From positions 13,621 through 77,620 of the forward strand of contig JARIGK010000004.1 in NCBI GenBank assembly GCA_029288895.1: 64,000 bases of DNA. The letters are read 5' to 3'. The translations under genes and the position numbers were made by a program. Of this stretch, positions 1 through 9,703 are shown in pieces (the stretch's first letter is position 1; the number at the start of each line of letters is the position of its first letter). The notes beneath the pieces were generated by a model. That model saw only the letters and a program-made list of their open reading frames with translations. It searched no databases and was not told the origin of the DNA. The DNA comes from Candidatus Adlerbacteria bacterium. GTDB taxonomy: Bacteria; Patescibacteriota; Minisyncoccia; Phycocordibacterales; SBAW01.

Positions 1-250
1 CTTTGCGCTGGGCTTTGTATTTTTCAAACGCCAAGTGGCGGTGGGTTGGCTCGGGCAAGTCGTTGGCCGCGACAATATAGTCGGGCTTCAAGTCCGTAAT
101 GATTTTCAAAAGCATCGACACCAACCCATATAGCGCCCCGGTCGGCTCGCCTTTTTTTGACGTAAAGTCCGGCAACGCATGGTACCCGCGATGCAAAATC
201 GCGTGCGTATCCAAAATTACCAGCCGCTTGTTCTCCTCCGCCTTTGCCAT
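1..250 (-). CDS. polA: DNA polymerase I, N-terminal 5'-3' exonuclease domain (partial, runs off the window)
   Basis: Manual translation from ATG at 250: MAKAEENKRLVILDTHAILHRGYHALPDFTSKKGEPTGALYG...KPDYIVAAND...RHLAFEKYKAQRK, the classic PolA/FEN N-terminus. Absent from the ORF track because it is truncated. Confidence 0.88.
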   Translation of the reverse strand, partial: MAKAEENKRLVILDTHAILHRGYHALPDFTSKKGEPTGALYGLVSMLLKIITDLKPDYIVAANDLPEPTHRHLAFEKYKAQRK

Positions 251-341
251 GTGTGCCAATTGTAGCTTTTATTGACATGCAAATCCAAACATGAAACTCT
301 TTGATTGACAGGCTTTTCTGTCTATAGAAAAGGAGGCTGTT

Positions 342-788
342 ATGCCCTTTGATCAGCCGAGGGACGAAGATCTTCCAGACGTGGTGCTCAGGCTCGACCA
401 AATTGCCAGCCTACTCAAAGAGGACGGCTGGGTTCAGCACGGGTGGGACGACGAAGGGATGCGATGCTTGGGCCAGGCAGTTCTCGATGCCTATGGCATC
501 TGGCGCAATCCTGAGCAGAGACTGCCAACTGAACTCAACACTTTGCCGGTCGTTCGCCCCATCCGGCAAGCAATCCGCGAGATCACTGGCCGTAACTTTC
601 AGAACATCCCGCGGTTCAACGACCTGCCGTCGACGACCGTGGACATTATCTTTGCGGTCATACACAGAGCGCGCGAGAATTGTCTCGCCGCCCATCGTGC
701 GAATGCCCCTCAGGTCGAGGTAGTGCCGGCCCCTGCGCCAGCTCCGCGGATGCGGTTCGCCCGGCTCTTCGGTCTCGTTCCTGCCTAA
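342..788 (+). CDS. Hypothetical protein, resembles phage-associated DUF6197-type proteins
   Basis: 148 aa ORF with strong SD (AGGAGG) and downstream terminator; motif L..GWVQHGW..GMRCLGQAV...I.RFND. Confidence 0.6.
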   Translation: MPFDQPRDEDLPDVVLRLDQIASLLKEDGWVQHGWDDEGMRCLGQAVLDAYGIWRNPEQRLPTELNTLPVVRPIRQAIREITGRNFQNIPRFNDLPSTTVDIIFAVIHRARENCLAAHRANAPQVEVVPAPAPAPRMRFARLFGLVPA

Positions 789-800
789 TCTTGGAAACAC

Positions 801-830
801 CCCGCCACGCACGTGGCGGGCTTTTATTTT
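801..830 (+). terminator. Rho-independent terminator
   Basis: CCCGCCACG-CA-CGTGGCGGG followed by CTTTTATTTT. Confidence 0.75.
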
Positions 831-1261
831 TCTATCGAAAGGTGGCGCTCGTCGTCGGAGTCGGTGTGTGAGAATTTTAAGATAACGTCGGGCGATGGAA
901 GCTGGCCTACGATACGCTCGGGCCACTCTATAACGACGAGGTTTTCAGGGTTGTTCAAAAATAGCTCAGGCTTGAGTGCTGCAAACTCCTCGGGTTTGTC
1001 CAAGCGGTACGCATCTATATGAACAAGCTTGGTAAAGCGGCCAAATGAAATGGGGTAGTCTTTCATCAAGACATACGTTGGGCTTTGTATTGCTTCCCGA
1101 ATACCAAGCTCCCCGGCAAGTGCTTGCGTAAAGGTCGTTTTGCCTGCGCCCAAGTCACCTTGCAACGCAACAACTGCTGCTCTCTCCCCTTCTGTAGGAA
1201 GTGATACGAGCACGTCGCGTGCAATGTTTTGCAATTCCTCTTTCTTCACCTTCATTGCCAC
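824..1261 (-). CDS. tsaE: tRNA threonylcarbamoyladenosine biosynthesis ATPase TsaE
   Basis: GDLGAGKTT Walker A, SPTY, HIDAYRL and IEWP motifs. Confidence 0.95.
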   Translation of the reverse strand: MAMKVKKEELQNIARDVLVSLPTEGERAAVVALQGDLGAGKTTFTQALAGELGIREAIQSPTYVLMKDYPISFGRFTKLVHIDAYRLDKPEEFAALKPELFLNNPENLVVIEWPERIVGQLPSPDVILKFSHTDSDDERHLSIEK

Positions 1262-1293
1262 CAGTCTAACAAAAAAGCAGATACAATATAGAC

Positions 1294-2979
1294 ATGGTTG
1301 TTTTCCAGGACGCAGAGCAAGAAAAGCGCATCGACTTCCTCAAGCGCCGCGAAGAGGAGGAGCTGGCGCAGATGCTGTCGCAAAAATACGGTGTCGAATA
1401 CATCGACCTTTCGCTTGTCGCAGTTAACAGCGATGCCTTGCGCACCATTCCCGAGGCAGTTGCACGCGATGCTGAAATGGCCGCATTTGGCCAAGTAGGC
1501 AAACGCTTGAGCGTGGCCGTTCGTGCGCCCGAAAATCCAAAAGTTAAAGAGGAAATCCAGAAACTCACCGAGGGTGGCTATACCGTTGTTGTTTTTATGG
1601 CCTCGCAAGAAAGCTTGAAGCGTGCCTTTGAGCGCTATGCCGACCTTTCGTACGCCACGGAATCAAAAGCTGGCGTCTTTAACCTCTCCAACGAAGAGTT
1701 GGAAGAGATCCTCGCAAAAGTTAAAAGCCTCAGCGACATCGGCACACTCATAGACGAAGCCGTGAAGTCGATGAAGCACACCTATCGCATCACTCGCATC
1801 TTGGAAGTTATTTTGGCCGGCGCTCTTTCGACGAGCGCATCCGACATCCACATGGAACCTGAAGAAGGTGCCGTGCGTTTGCGCTACCGCTTGGACGGCG
1901 TGCTGGTCGACGTGCTCACCTTCGACTACGACACGTACCGCCTGTTGCTCTCGCGTATGAAGTTGCTCTCGGGCCTCAAACTCAATATCGTTGCCGACGC
2001 ACAAGACGGCCGCTTTAGTATCAAAATCAAAGGCGACGAAATCGAAATCCGCTCGTCGGTGCTGCCGGGCAACTACGCCGAGACGGTGGTGCTGCGTATC
2101 TTAAACCCAAAGTCTATCCAGGTGCCACTCGAAGAGCTTGGTATTGAGCCAAAACTGTTAGCGCGCATCGAGCGCGAAGTGGCAAAACCAAACGGCATGA
2201 TTTTGACCACAGGCCCGACAGGCTCGGGCAAAACGACGACGCTCTACGCTTTTTTGCGTAAGGTAAATAGCACCGAAACAAAGATCATCACCATCGAAGA
2301 CCCTGTTGAATATCACCTAAACGGTATCGTCCAAACACAGGTCGATAAAAAGAATTACACATTCGCCGCGGGCCTTCGCTCTGCACTTCGCCAGGACCCC
2401 GACATAATCATGGTCGGCGAAATCCGCGACGACGAAGTGGCTGAGGTGGCAATTAATGCCGCACTCACCGGCCACTTAGTATTTTCAACCTTGCACACCA
2501 ACGACGCAGCAGGCTCCTTCCCTCGCCTTATCGACTTAGGCGTGAGTGAAAAAGTTATCTCGTCTGCTGTGTCTGTCGCGATGGCGCAGCGTCTTGTGCG
2601 TAAATTGTGCGAGAAGTGCAAACAAACGCGCCCAGCAACTCCGGAGGAACAGACAATGCTCGACTTTTATGTAAACGGCTTGGTCGACAAATCACTCGTG
2701 CCACAAAACCGCTCGACGCTGTCAGTACCAAACACACAAGGGTGTGAACAGTGCCACGGCCGCGGATACAAAGGCCGCATCGGCATCTACGAAGCAATAT
2801 TTATGGACGCTGCCGTAGAAGAAATTTTGCGCAGCAAACCATCCGAGCGCGAAGTACTCCAGGCATCACGCCCGCAGGGCGTCCCGACGATGCAAGAAGA
2901 CGGCATCATCAAAGCACTCCGCGGCATCACCTCCTTGGAAGAACTCAAACGCGTGGTCGACCTCCAAATCGGCGCATAA
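1294..2979 (+). CDS. GspE/PilB family type II secretion / type IV pilus assembly ATPase
   Basis: ASDIHMEP, RYRLDG, GPTGSGKTT, TIEDPVE, LRQDPD, GEIRD, TGHLVFSTLH and Zn motif CEKC...CEQC. Confidence 0.93.
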   Translation: MVVFQDAEQEKRIDFLKRREEEELAQMLSQKYGVEYIDLSLVAVNSDALRTIPEAVARDAEMAAFGQVGKRLSVAVRAPENPKVKEEIQKLTEGGYTVVVFMASQESLKRAFERYADLSYATESKAGVFNLSNEELEEILAKVKSLSDIGTLIDEAVKSMKHTYRITRILEVILAGALSTSASDIHMEPEEGAVRLRYRLDGVLVDVLTFDYDTYRLLLSRMKLLSGLKLNIVADAQDGRFSIKIKGDEIEIRSSVLPGNYAETVVLRILNPKSIQVPLEELGIEPKLLARIEREVAKPNGMILTTGPTGSGKTTTLYAFLRKVNSTETKIITIEDPVEYHLNGIVQTQVDKKNYTFAAGLRSALRQDPDIIMVGEIRDDEVAEVAINAALTGHLVFSTLHTNDAAGSFPRLIDLGVSEKVISSAVSVAMAQRLVRKLCEKCKQTRPATPEEQTMLDFYVNGLVDKSLVPQNRSTLSVPNTQGCEQCHGRGYKGRIGIYEAIFMDAAVEEILRSKPSEREVLQASRPQGVPTMQEDGIIKALRGITSLEELKRVVDLQIGA

Positions 2980-2999
2980 GTACATTTTTAAAAGACACA

Positions 3000-3029
3000 A
3001 AAACCCGCACGGTCAACGTTGCGGGTTTT
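3000..3029 (+). terminator. Rho-independent terminator after the ATPase gene
   Basis: AAAACCCGCA...TGCGGGTTTT inverted repeat. Confidence 0.7.
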
Positions 3030-3052
3030 GAGGGGAGGAGTAGAGTTGTGAC

Positions 3053-3210
3053 AGAGTTCGGGCCAAGAGATCTCTAAGCAACATTTCAATCAAGTCGAAA
3101 AGCGTGCCACACTTGAGGATAGTTCCCGCGTTTTTACTAAGTAAAAAGCCGGAGCGTCCTTAGAAAGGCGCCGAGTTTGCTTAGAGATCCCTGTAGCCCG
3201 AACTGACAAC
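3053..3210 (+). ncRNA. Candidate 6S-like rod-shaped RNA
   Basis: Nested long-range complementarity (3055-3063/3196-3204; 3069-3081/3177-3189), an internal bubble, and inner stems with G-U pairs on the + strand. Confidence 0.55.
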
Positions 3211-3231
3211 AGCCTAGCATACTTATTTTTT

Positions 3232-4254
3232 ATGTCAAGCTCTGCCGATACCCCCTCCTCTACCCCACGAAACGACACCTTTCTCGACCAAACCCTCCGC
3301 CCCGAGTCGTTTGACGACTACATCGGCCAAGAGTCCATCAAAAACAACCTCAAAATTTTGATTGGCGCCGCAAAGGAGCGCCAAAACCCGCCCGAGCACA
3401 TCCTCTTTTATGGCCCACCAGGCCTCGGCAAAACCACACTCGCGCACTTGATTGCAAAAGAGCTGGGCGGAAATTTGCGTGCAACATCGGGCCCTGCGAT
3501 TGAGCGTGTCGGCGACCTAGCCGCACTCCTTTCCAACCTCTCGCCCGGCGACATCCTTTTTATTGACGAAATCCATCGCCTCCCCCGCACCATTGAAGAA
3601 GTGCTCTACCCCGCAATGGAGTCCGGGGTCCTCAATATCATTATTGGCAAAGGCCCGTCGGCGCGCACGCTCGATTTGCCGCTGCCGCCATTTACTTTAA
3701 TTGCCGCAACCACGCGCGTCGCCGACCTCTCTGCACCGCTTCGCTCGCGCTTTTCGGGCGGCGTGTATCGCTTGGAGTTTTACTCAGAAGACAATATCGC
3801 CGATATCGTGCGCCGTTCGGCACAGATTTTAGGCGTCGATGCAGAGGAGAGCGGCATTCGGGAAATCGCAAAACGCGCCCGTTCAACCCCGCGTACGGCA
3901 AACTACCTATTGAAGCGTGCTCGCGACTACGCACAATTAAAACGCGCGCCGCTTTCAAAGCAGATGGTGGATGAGTCTTTGGGCATGCTTGAAATCGACG
4001 AGCTTGGCCTCACCCCGCTCGACCGCAAACTCCTGCTTGCACTTATCGAACGCTTTAATGGCGGCCCCGTTGGCGTGGGCGCCTTAGGTGCAGCACTTTC
4101 TGAAGAACCATCAACTATTGCCGAAGTGCATGAACCATTCCTTTTGCAGCTTGGCCTCATAGAGCGCACGCCGCGTGGCCGCGTTGCAACAGAAGCCGCA
4201 TACAAACATGTGGGCAAAACACCACCTGCCGATTTGCAGGAAAAATTAATGTAG
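3232..4254 (+). CDS. ruvB: Holliday junction branch migration helicase RuvB
   Basis: [37 protein letters not shown] and RTPRGR motifs. Confidence 0.97.
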   Translation: MSSSADTPSSTPRNDTFLDQTLRPESFDDYIGQESIKNNLKILIGAAKERQNPPEHILFYGPPGLGKTTLAHLIAKELGGNLRATSGPAIERVGDLAALLSNLSPGDILFIDEIHRLPRTIEEVLYPAMESGVLNIIIGKGPSARTLDLPLPPFTLIAATTRVADLSAPLRSRFSGGVYRLEFYSEDNIADIVRRSAQILGVDAEESGIREIAKRARSTPRTANYLLKRARDYAQLKRAPLSKQMVDESLGMLEIDELGLTPLDRKLLLALIERFNGGPVGVGALGAALSEEPSTIAEVHEPFLLQLGLIERTPRGRVATEAAYKHVGKTPPADLQEKLM

Positions 4255-4272
4255 GAGTAGTATAGATTTTAT

Positions 4273-4797
4273 ATGGCAGGACACAGCAAATGGGCGAAGT
4301 TGAAACACACCAAGGGCAAGACCGACGCGCAAAAGGCGAAGTTATTTAGCAAACTCGTCAAAATTATCAGCGTCGAATTGAAGCAAGCAAAAGGCGACAA
4401 AACAGCGCCGGGCGTACGCGCCGCAGTTGAGAAAGCAAAAGCGGCAAACATGCCAAGCGACAACATCGAACGCGCGTTGAATAAAGCCGACGAAAAAGAG
4501 CTCGAACAGGTAGTCTATGAAGCGTACGGCCCGGGCGGCTGCGCACTTATCATCGAAGGGTTTACCGATTCGCGTAACCGCACCTCGCAAGAGTTGAAGC
4601 ATCTCCTTTCGCAGCACGGCGGCAGCATCGCAAACCCAGGCGCCGCAATGTGGGCGTTCCAGAAAAATGCAGAAGGCGTTCTGGAACCTATCTCCCCTAT
4701 CGAACTTTCGGACGAAGACTCGCAAAAAATGGCCGACCTTTCCGATGCGCTCGAAGAGCACGATGATGTCAACAACATCTACACCAACGCCGCGTAA
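4273..4797 (+). CDS. yebC: YebC/PmpR family protein (short form)
   Basis: MAGHSKW N-terminus, YEAYGPGG, and DDVNNIYTN C-terminus. Confidence 0.93.
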   Translation: MAGHSKWAKLKHTKGKTDAQKAKLFSKLVKIISVELKQAKGDKTAPGVRAAVEKAKAANMPSDNIERALNKADEKELEQVVYEAYGPGGCALIIEGFTDSRNRTSQELKHLLSQHGGSIANPGAAMWAFQKNAEGVLEPISPIELSDEDSQKMADLSDALEEHDDVNNIYTNAA

Positions 4798-4801
4798 TGG
4801 T

Positions 4802-5275
4802 ATGCGCGTTTTGGCATTCGACCCGGGCTTTGAGCGCTTGGGTGTTGCTGTTGTAGAAAAACAGAACGGCAAAGACGTGTTGCTGCATTCGGAATGCGTA
4901 CGCACCGCTGCATCGCTGCCCTTTGCGCAGCGTCTTTCAGAACTTGGCGTTGCAGTCGAAGCATTAGTTGAGATGTGGCAGCCGGGCGCCGTGGCACTTG
5001 AGAATGTGTTTTTTGAAAATAACGCAAAGACCGCGATGGATGTGGCGGCGGTGCGCGGTATGTTGCTCTACATTGCCGCACAAAATGGCCTGCCTTCATA
5101 CGAATTTACGCCACTCCAAGTTAAGGTCGCGGTTACTGGCTACGGTAAAAGCGATAAGGCCGCCGTGTCCATGATGGTGCAGCGCTTGGTGGCAATCCCT
5201 GCCAAAAAACGCCTCGACGACGAGCTCGATGCCATTGCTGTGGGCCTCACGTGCCTTGCATCCACACGCCTTTAA
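4802..5275 (+). CDS. ruvC: Crossover junction endodeoxyribonuclease RuvC
   Basis: MRVLAFDPG, ALENVFF, VKVAVTGYGKSDK and DDELDAIAV motifs; start trimmed to ATG 4802. Confidence 0.95.
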   Translation: MRVLAFDPGFERLGVAVVEKQNGKDVLLHSECVRTAASLPFAQRLSELGVAVEALVEMWQPGAVALENVFFENNAKTAMDVAAVRGMLLYIAAQNGLPSYEFTPLQVKVAVTGYGKSDKAAVSMMVQRLVAIPAKKRLDDELDAIAVGLTCLASTRL

Positions 5276-5362
5276 GGTGCAGGAGTTGCAAAGAATTGCA
5301 GGTTTGATACAACAGTCATTGTTAATGTACTTACAAACAATTATTAGGTAGACCTATTCACT

Positions 5363-5524
5363 ATGATTGACGAGTTCGGTCCTGAATTTTTGCTCGACGA
5401 AGAAGAGGAAGAGGAAATAGAAACCCCAAGCAACGACGAAGAGCCTTCCGAGGATGAGTTGGGAGACGATGCAGATGATGAGGACGATACGTTCTCTACT
5501 GGCTTCGGCGAAGAAACAGAGTGA
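5363..5524 (+). CDS. Small hyper-acidic protein (53 aa)
   Basis: Manual translation MIDEFGPEFLLDEEEEEEIETPSNDEEPSEDELGDDADDEDDTFSTGFGEETE; fills the intergenic gap and is followed by a terminator. Confidence 0.6.
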   Translation: MIDEFGPEFLLDEEEEEEIETPSNDEEPSEDELGDDADDEDDTFSTGFGEETE

Positions 5525-5528
5525 TACG

Positions 5529-5555
5529 AAAAATCCCCCATCCGGGGGATTTTTT
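5529..5555. terminator. Bidirectional terminator
   Basis: AAAAATCCCC...GGGGATTTTTT between convergent genes. Confidence 0.75.
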
Positions 5556-6750
5556 ATTTGATCTTTATAAATCGGTGTTTACCGATTCTATAGGTCTTCC
5601 CCGAGATTGCCGGCGCATTACCATCAACAATTTTTATCTCATCTTGTGAACCCATCTGTTTTACAGCACCTGCTAAAATCAGGCGTGCAAATTCTGAGTT
5701 TGATGAAACTACCCCCGCTTTCACAACCGTGTCTCTTAGGGAACCCACGGATTGAAGTTCCTGAACATCTTCCGGGACCTCTTTCTTACTAAAAGTATTT
5801 ACCCAGTTTTCTTTTGCTTTCCCTGCAGCCGCGACGCCGTGGTACATAGTTACGATCGCAACCGCTAAACTATGTTTAGCTTCAAGCGGTGGGAATTTCA
5901 TTACAAGATCAATTGCCTCCTGTGTCGTATCTGTAAGACATTCAAAGTATGTGCGAATGAGTTCGTCTTTTACCGCCATCAATTTGCCGTACATATCGTT
6001 TGGCGCGTCATCGAGGTAAATGCAGTTATTAAACGACTTGCTCATCTTGCGGCCATCGATGCCTTCAATGAGGCGTGTTGTGAGCACAAACTTGTCGCGC
6101 TTACCGAGCGCTTGCTGCAAATGGCGCCCCGCCAACATGTTAAATTCCTGGTCGCTGCCACCCAGCTCACAGTCGACATCGAGCACCGCAGAGTCGTACC
6201 CCACCATTAATGGGTAGAGAAACTCGTGCAGCGAAATCGGCTTGTCTTCTTCGATGCGGCGCTGGAACATATCGCGCTTGAGCATCTGCCCGACAGTAAA
6301 ATTGCTTGCGAGCTTTACGATGTCGGCAAAATTGAGCGGAAAGAGCCAGTCGCCATTTTTGCGTACCTGTATTGTGCGGAAATCTAAAATTTTCTGCGCC
6401 TGGCGTTTGTAATCGCGGAAGTTCTCTTCCACTTGCTCTTTTGTGAGCGGTGCGCGCGCAGCGTCGCGGCCTGTTGGGTCGCCGATGGTTGCCGTAAAGC
6501 TACCGATAACCAAAATAGCTTCGTGTCCTAAGTCGGCAAACGCTTTTAATTTGCGAAGCGAGATGGTGTGGCCTAAATGGATTTGCGTGCCGGTTGGGTC
6601 GATACCCCAGTAGATGCGCAGACGTTCGCCCGAGCGCAATTTCTTTTCTGCCAACTCGCGCGGTATAACATTTTCGACGCCGCGGGTGAGCAGCTCATTG
6701 ATTTTTTGTTCGTCCGTGCTAACTTCTGTTTTGCGTGAAAAAATACCCAT
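5554..6750 (-). CDS. tyrS: Tyrosine--tRNA ligase
   Basis: YWGIDPTG..IHLGH (HIGH), ELGGSDQEFN, KMSKS and C-terminal S4-like domain. Confidence 0.96.
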   Translation of the reverse strand: MGIFSRKTEVSTDEQKINELLTRGVENVIPRELAEKKLRSGERLRIYWGIDPTGTQIHLGHTISLRKLKAFADLGHEAILVIGSFTATIGDPTGRDAARAPLTKEQVEENFRDYKRQAQKILDFRTIQVRKNGDWLFPLNFADIVKLASNFTVGQMLKRDMFQRRIEEDKPISLHEFLYPLMVGYDSAVLDVDCELGGSDQEFNMLAGRHLQQALGKRDKFVLTTRLIEGIDGRKMSKSFNNCIYLDDAPNDMYGKLMAVKDELIRTYFECLTDTTQEAIDLVMKFPPLEAKHSLAVAIVTMYHGVAAAGKAKENWVNTFSKKEVPEDVQELQSVGSLRDTVVKAGVVSSNSEFARLILAGAVKQMGSQDEIKIVDGNAPAISGKTYRIGKHRFIKIK

Positions 6751-6773
6751 ATATACCTGCTATACTAGCATTA

Positions 6774-8867
6774 ATGAAGAAACTCTGGCGCTTCGTGCAC
6801 AAGCACTGGAAAGCCATCATCGTGTGGGGTGCAGGGGCATGTTTTTTACTTGCCGGCCTTATCTTTTTGTGGGCCGCAAGCCTCCAGGTGCCCGACTTGG
6901 CATCTATCCAGAGCCGCAAGGTCGAACAAAGCACAAAAATCTACGACCGCACCGGTACCGTGCTGCTCTACAACTTAAATAGCAACACCAACCGCACCGT
7001 GGTGCCTCTGTCGCAAATTTCCCCCAATATCCAGAACGCGACAATAGCGATTGAAGACCCGAATTTCTACAGCCACCACGGTGTTGAAATACGCGCAATC
7101 CTCCGGGCCATCTTTGTCGACATCACGACCCTCTCCGCATCGCAGGGCGGCTCCACCATTACTCAGCAGGTGGTTAAAAACACCCTCCTTACCAACAACA
7201 AGAGCATTGCCCGCAAATTGGAAGAGTGGCCGTTGGCACTCAAATTGGAACGCGTACTCACGAAGCAGCAAATTTTGGAGCTGTACTTAAACCAATCGCC
7301 GTACGGCGGCAATGTGTACGGCGTCGAACAAGCGGCGGAAACATTCTTTGGCAAGCACGCGTCCGATGTCGATGTCGCAGAAGCTGCGTACTTGGCTGGC
7401 GTGCTCCCTGCCCCTTCGTACTATTCGCCCTATGGCAACCACAAAGCAGGCCTCGAAATCAGAAAGAATTTAGTTATCGACAAGATGCTGGAGTTCGGCT
7501 ATCTCACTGCAGATGAAGCTGCAGCAGCAAAGGCCGAAAAGGTCGCATTCCTTCCGCAGCGCACATCGTCAATCACGGCGCCGCACTTTGTCTTTTATGT
7601 GCAGCAATACTTGGAAGATAAGTACGGCCCAGATGCACTTGAACAAGGCGGGTGGAAGGTCACCACGTCGCTCGATGCCGACCTCCAGGTCAAAGCAGAA
7701 GAGATTGTCCAGGCACACGCTGCAAGCAACGAGGCCAACTTTAAAGCAACCAACACCGGCATGATCGCTATCGACCCAAGCAACGGGCAGATATTAGTGA
7801 TGGTTGGTTCGCGCAACTACTTCGACAACCAGATCGACGGCAACTTTAACGTTACATTGGCGGGCCGCCAGCCAGGTTCGACCTTTAAACCGTTCGTCTA
7901 CGCAAAAGCATTCGAAGATGGCTACACGCCAGACACTGTCGTCTTCGATGTCCCGACTCAGTTCTCTACCGCATGTTCAGCAAACGACCCGACCAACGAC
8001 ACGCCGCCGTGCTATTCGCCTGTTAACTACGATGGTAAATTCCGCGGGCCGATGACGCTCCGCGATGCGCTCGCACAGTCGATCAACGTGCCGGCAATTA
8101 AGGTGCTGTACTTGGCAGGCCTCAATGACAGTTTGGAATTGGCAAAATCGATGGGCATCTCAACGCTCGGCAAATCAAGCCAATACGGCCTTACGTTGGT
8201 GCTCGGCGGCGGCGAAGTCACATTGCTTGATATGACGAGTGCCTACGGTGCATTTGCACAAGACGGCATGCACTACCCTGCAACGGCGGTGCTCAAAATC
8301 GAAGATGCAAACGGCAACGTCATTGAAGACAATACGCAGGTAGGCGGCACGCAGGTGTTGCCTCCGCAAATTGCAGAAGAAATAAGCGATGTGCTGTCAG
8401 ACCCCGTGGCAAAAGCACCGCTTGGTGAAAACGATTTGCTTACCTTCCCTGGCCGCGATGTTGCAGTCAAAACCGGTACCACCAACGACTACAAAGACGC
8501 ATGGACCATTGGATACACACCAAACTTGGTCGTGGGTATTTGGGCGGGCAACAACGACAACACGCCAATGGTAAAGAAAGTCTCTGGCTTTATCGTGGGC
8601 CCAATGTGGCACGAGTTTATGGCGTATGCGCTCGGGAAGATCCCTGCACAATCCTTCACCCGTACCGATGTCGACGAAAGCGGCTTAAAGCCTGTGCTGC
8701 GCGGCCAGTGGAATGTACCGGGCAACGATGGCCAGGTGCACGAGATTCTCTACTGGGTTGATAAGAATAACCCTAACGGCCCTGCGCCGCTTGTCCCTGC
8801 CAGCGACCCTCAATACCTCTATTGGGACCTCCCCGTCCGCAACTGGCTCGCTACACACGGCATTTAA
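6774..8867 (+). CDS. Class A penicillin-binding protein (transglycosylase/transpeptidase)
   Basis: N-terminal TM, EDPNFYSHHG, QGGSTITQQ, QPGSTFKP (SxxK), SIN and KTGT motifs. Confidence 0.95.
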   Translation: MKKLWRFVHKHWKAIIVWGAGACFLLAGLIFLWAASLQVPDLASIQSRKVEQSTKIYDRTGTVLLYNLNSNTNRTVVPLSQISPNIQNATIAIEDPNFYSHHGVEIRAILRAIFVDITTLSASQGGSTITQQVVKNTLLTNNKSIARKLEEWPLALKLERVLTKQQILELYLNQSPYGGNVYGVEQAAETFFGKHASDVDVAEAAYLAGVLPAPSYYSPYGNHKAGLEIRKNLVIDKMLEFGYLTADEAAAAKAEKVAFLPQRTSSITAPHFVFYVQQYLEDKYGPDALEQGGWKVTTSLDADLQVKAEEIVQAHAASNEANFKATNTGMIAIDPSNGQILVMVGSRNYFDNQIDGNFNVTLAGRQPGSTFKPFVYAKAFEDGYTPDTVVFDVPTQFSTACSANDPTNDTPPCYSPVNYDGKFRGPMTLRDALAQSINVPAIKVLYLAGLNDSLELAKSMGISTLGKSSQYGLTLVLGGGEVTLLDMTSAYGAFAQDGMHYPATAVLKIEDANGNVIEDNTQVGGTQVLPPQIAEEISDVLSDPVAKAPLGENDLLTFPGRDVAVKTGTTNDYKDAWTIGYTPNLVVGIWAGNNDNTPMVKKVSGFIVGPMWHEFMAYALGKIPAQSFTRTDVDESGLKPVLRGQWNVPGNDGQVHEILYWVDKNNPNGPAPLVPASDPQYLYWDLPVRNWLATHGI

Positions 8868-8970
8868 GTGCAAATAATCTGAAGCTGTCTCTAACAAGTG
8901 CCATTTACGGATGGACATTTCCTAACGCTACGCTAGGATAGCGATGTTCGCTGTTATTTGGAGGAACTCC

Positions 8971-9135
8971 ATGCTGCACTGGGCTTTGGTCTTTCTGGTT
9001 GTGGCACTTGTTGCCGCCACATTCGGTTTCGGCCCTCTCGCGTCCTTTGGCATAGCGCAAATTATCTTCGTCGTTGCGCTGACCCTGTTTGTTGTCAGCG
9101 TCATCTTCGCTTTTCTTCAGCGAGGGCGTCACTGA
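8971..9135 (+). CDS. DUF1328/UPF0391 small membrane protein
   Basis: [21 protein letters not shown]...IAQIIF pattern; SD GGAGG upstream. Confidence 0.85.
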   Translation: MLHWALVFLVVALVAATFGFGPLASFGIAQIIFVVALTLFVVSVIFAFLQRGRH

Positions 9136-9169
9136 CCAAAGCCGTTTGTCTTCTTGCGAGGACGAGCGG

Positions 9170-9703
9170 CTATTTTTCTAAATATGCTTTCAGTTTCTGT
9201 GCTGCTTCGGCACGCATACTTATTTTATTTTTCTCTTCGAAGCCAAGCTCGGAAAATGTTTTATCAAAGCCATCAGGAACAAAGATGGAATTCCAGCCGA
9301 ATGTTTCGTCGCCGCGAGGCTCAACGAGTGTCCCAGAAATGGCCCCTTCAAAAAATTCTACGCTTCCCTCTTCGCTCGAGTAGCCTATCAATGTTTTAGC
9401 AGTGGCTTTGCCGCCGTAGAATGACCCAAGTTTGGCGAGACCTTCCACACCAAGCGCTTCAAAAAATGATTTTATATACGGCCCAGGCAAACCGTTCATC
9501 CCGTCTATGTAGAGAGATGTATCTTCGACAATGAAGCTCCCTTGCGCGTATGTACGCGCTTCAGCGAGCTTTGCTGCGAGGACTTTGTGCGGGTCGAGCG
9601 CCTGGATTTCTGGCAGTTCAATTTCTAGCTGCTCAATAGTGGGAATGATTGCTTTAATTTCGGCAAGTTTGTGCGTGCTGCCGGTAACGAAATAGAGCGC
9701 CAT
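9170..9703 (-). CDS. Non-canonical purine NTP pyrophosphatase (RdgB/HAM1 family)
   Basis: VTGSTHKLAE, EDTSL, GLPGPYIK, FGWNSIF and KNKISMR motifs. Confidence 0.92.
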   Translation of the reverse strand: MALYFVTGSTHKLAEIKAIIPTIEQLEIELPEIQALDPHKVLAAKLAEARTYAQGSFIVEDTSLYIDGMNGLPGPYIKSFFEALGVEGLAKLGSFYGGKATAKTLIGYSSEEGSVEFFEGAISGTLVEPRGDETFGWNSIFVPDGFDKTFSELGFEEKNKISMRAEAAQKLKAYLEK

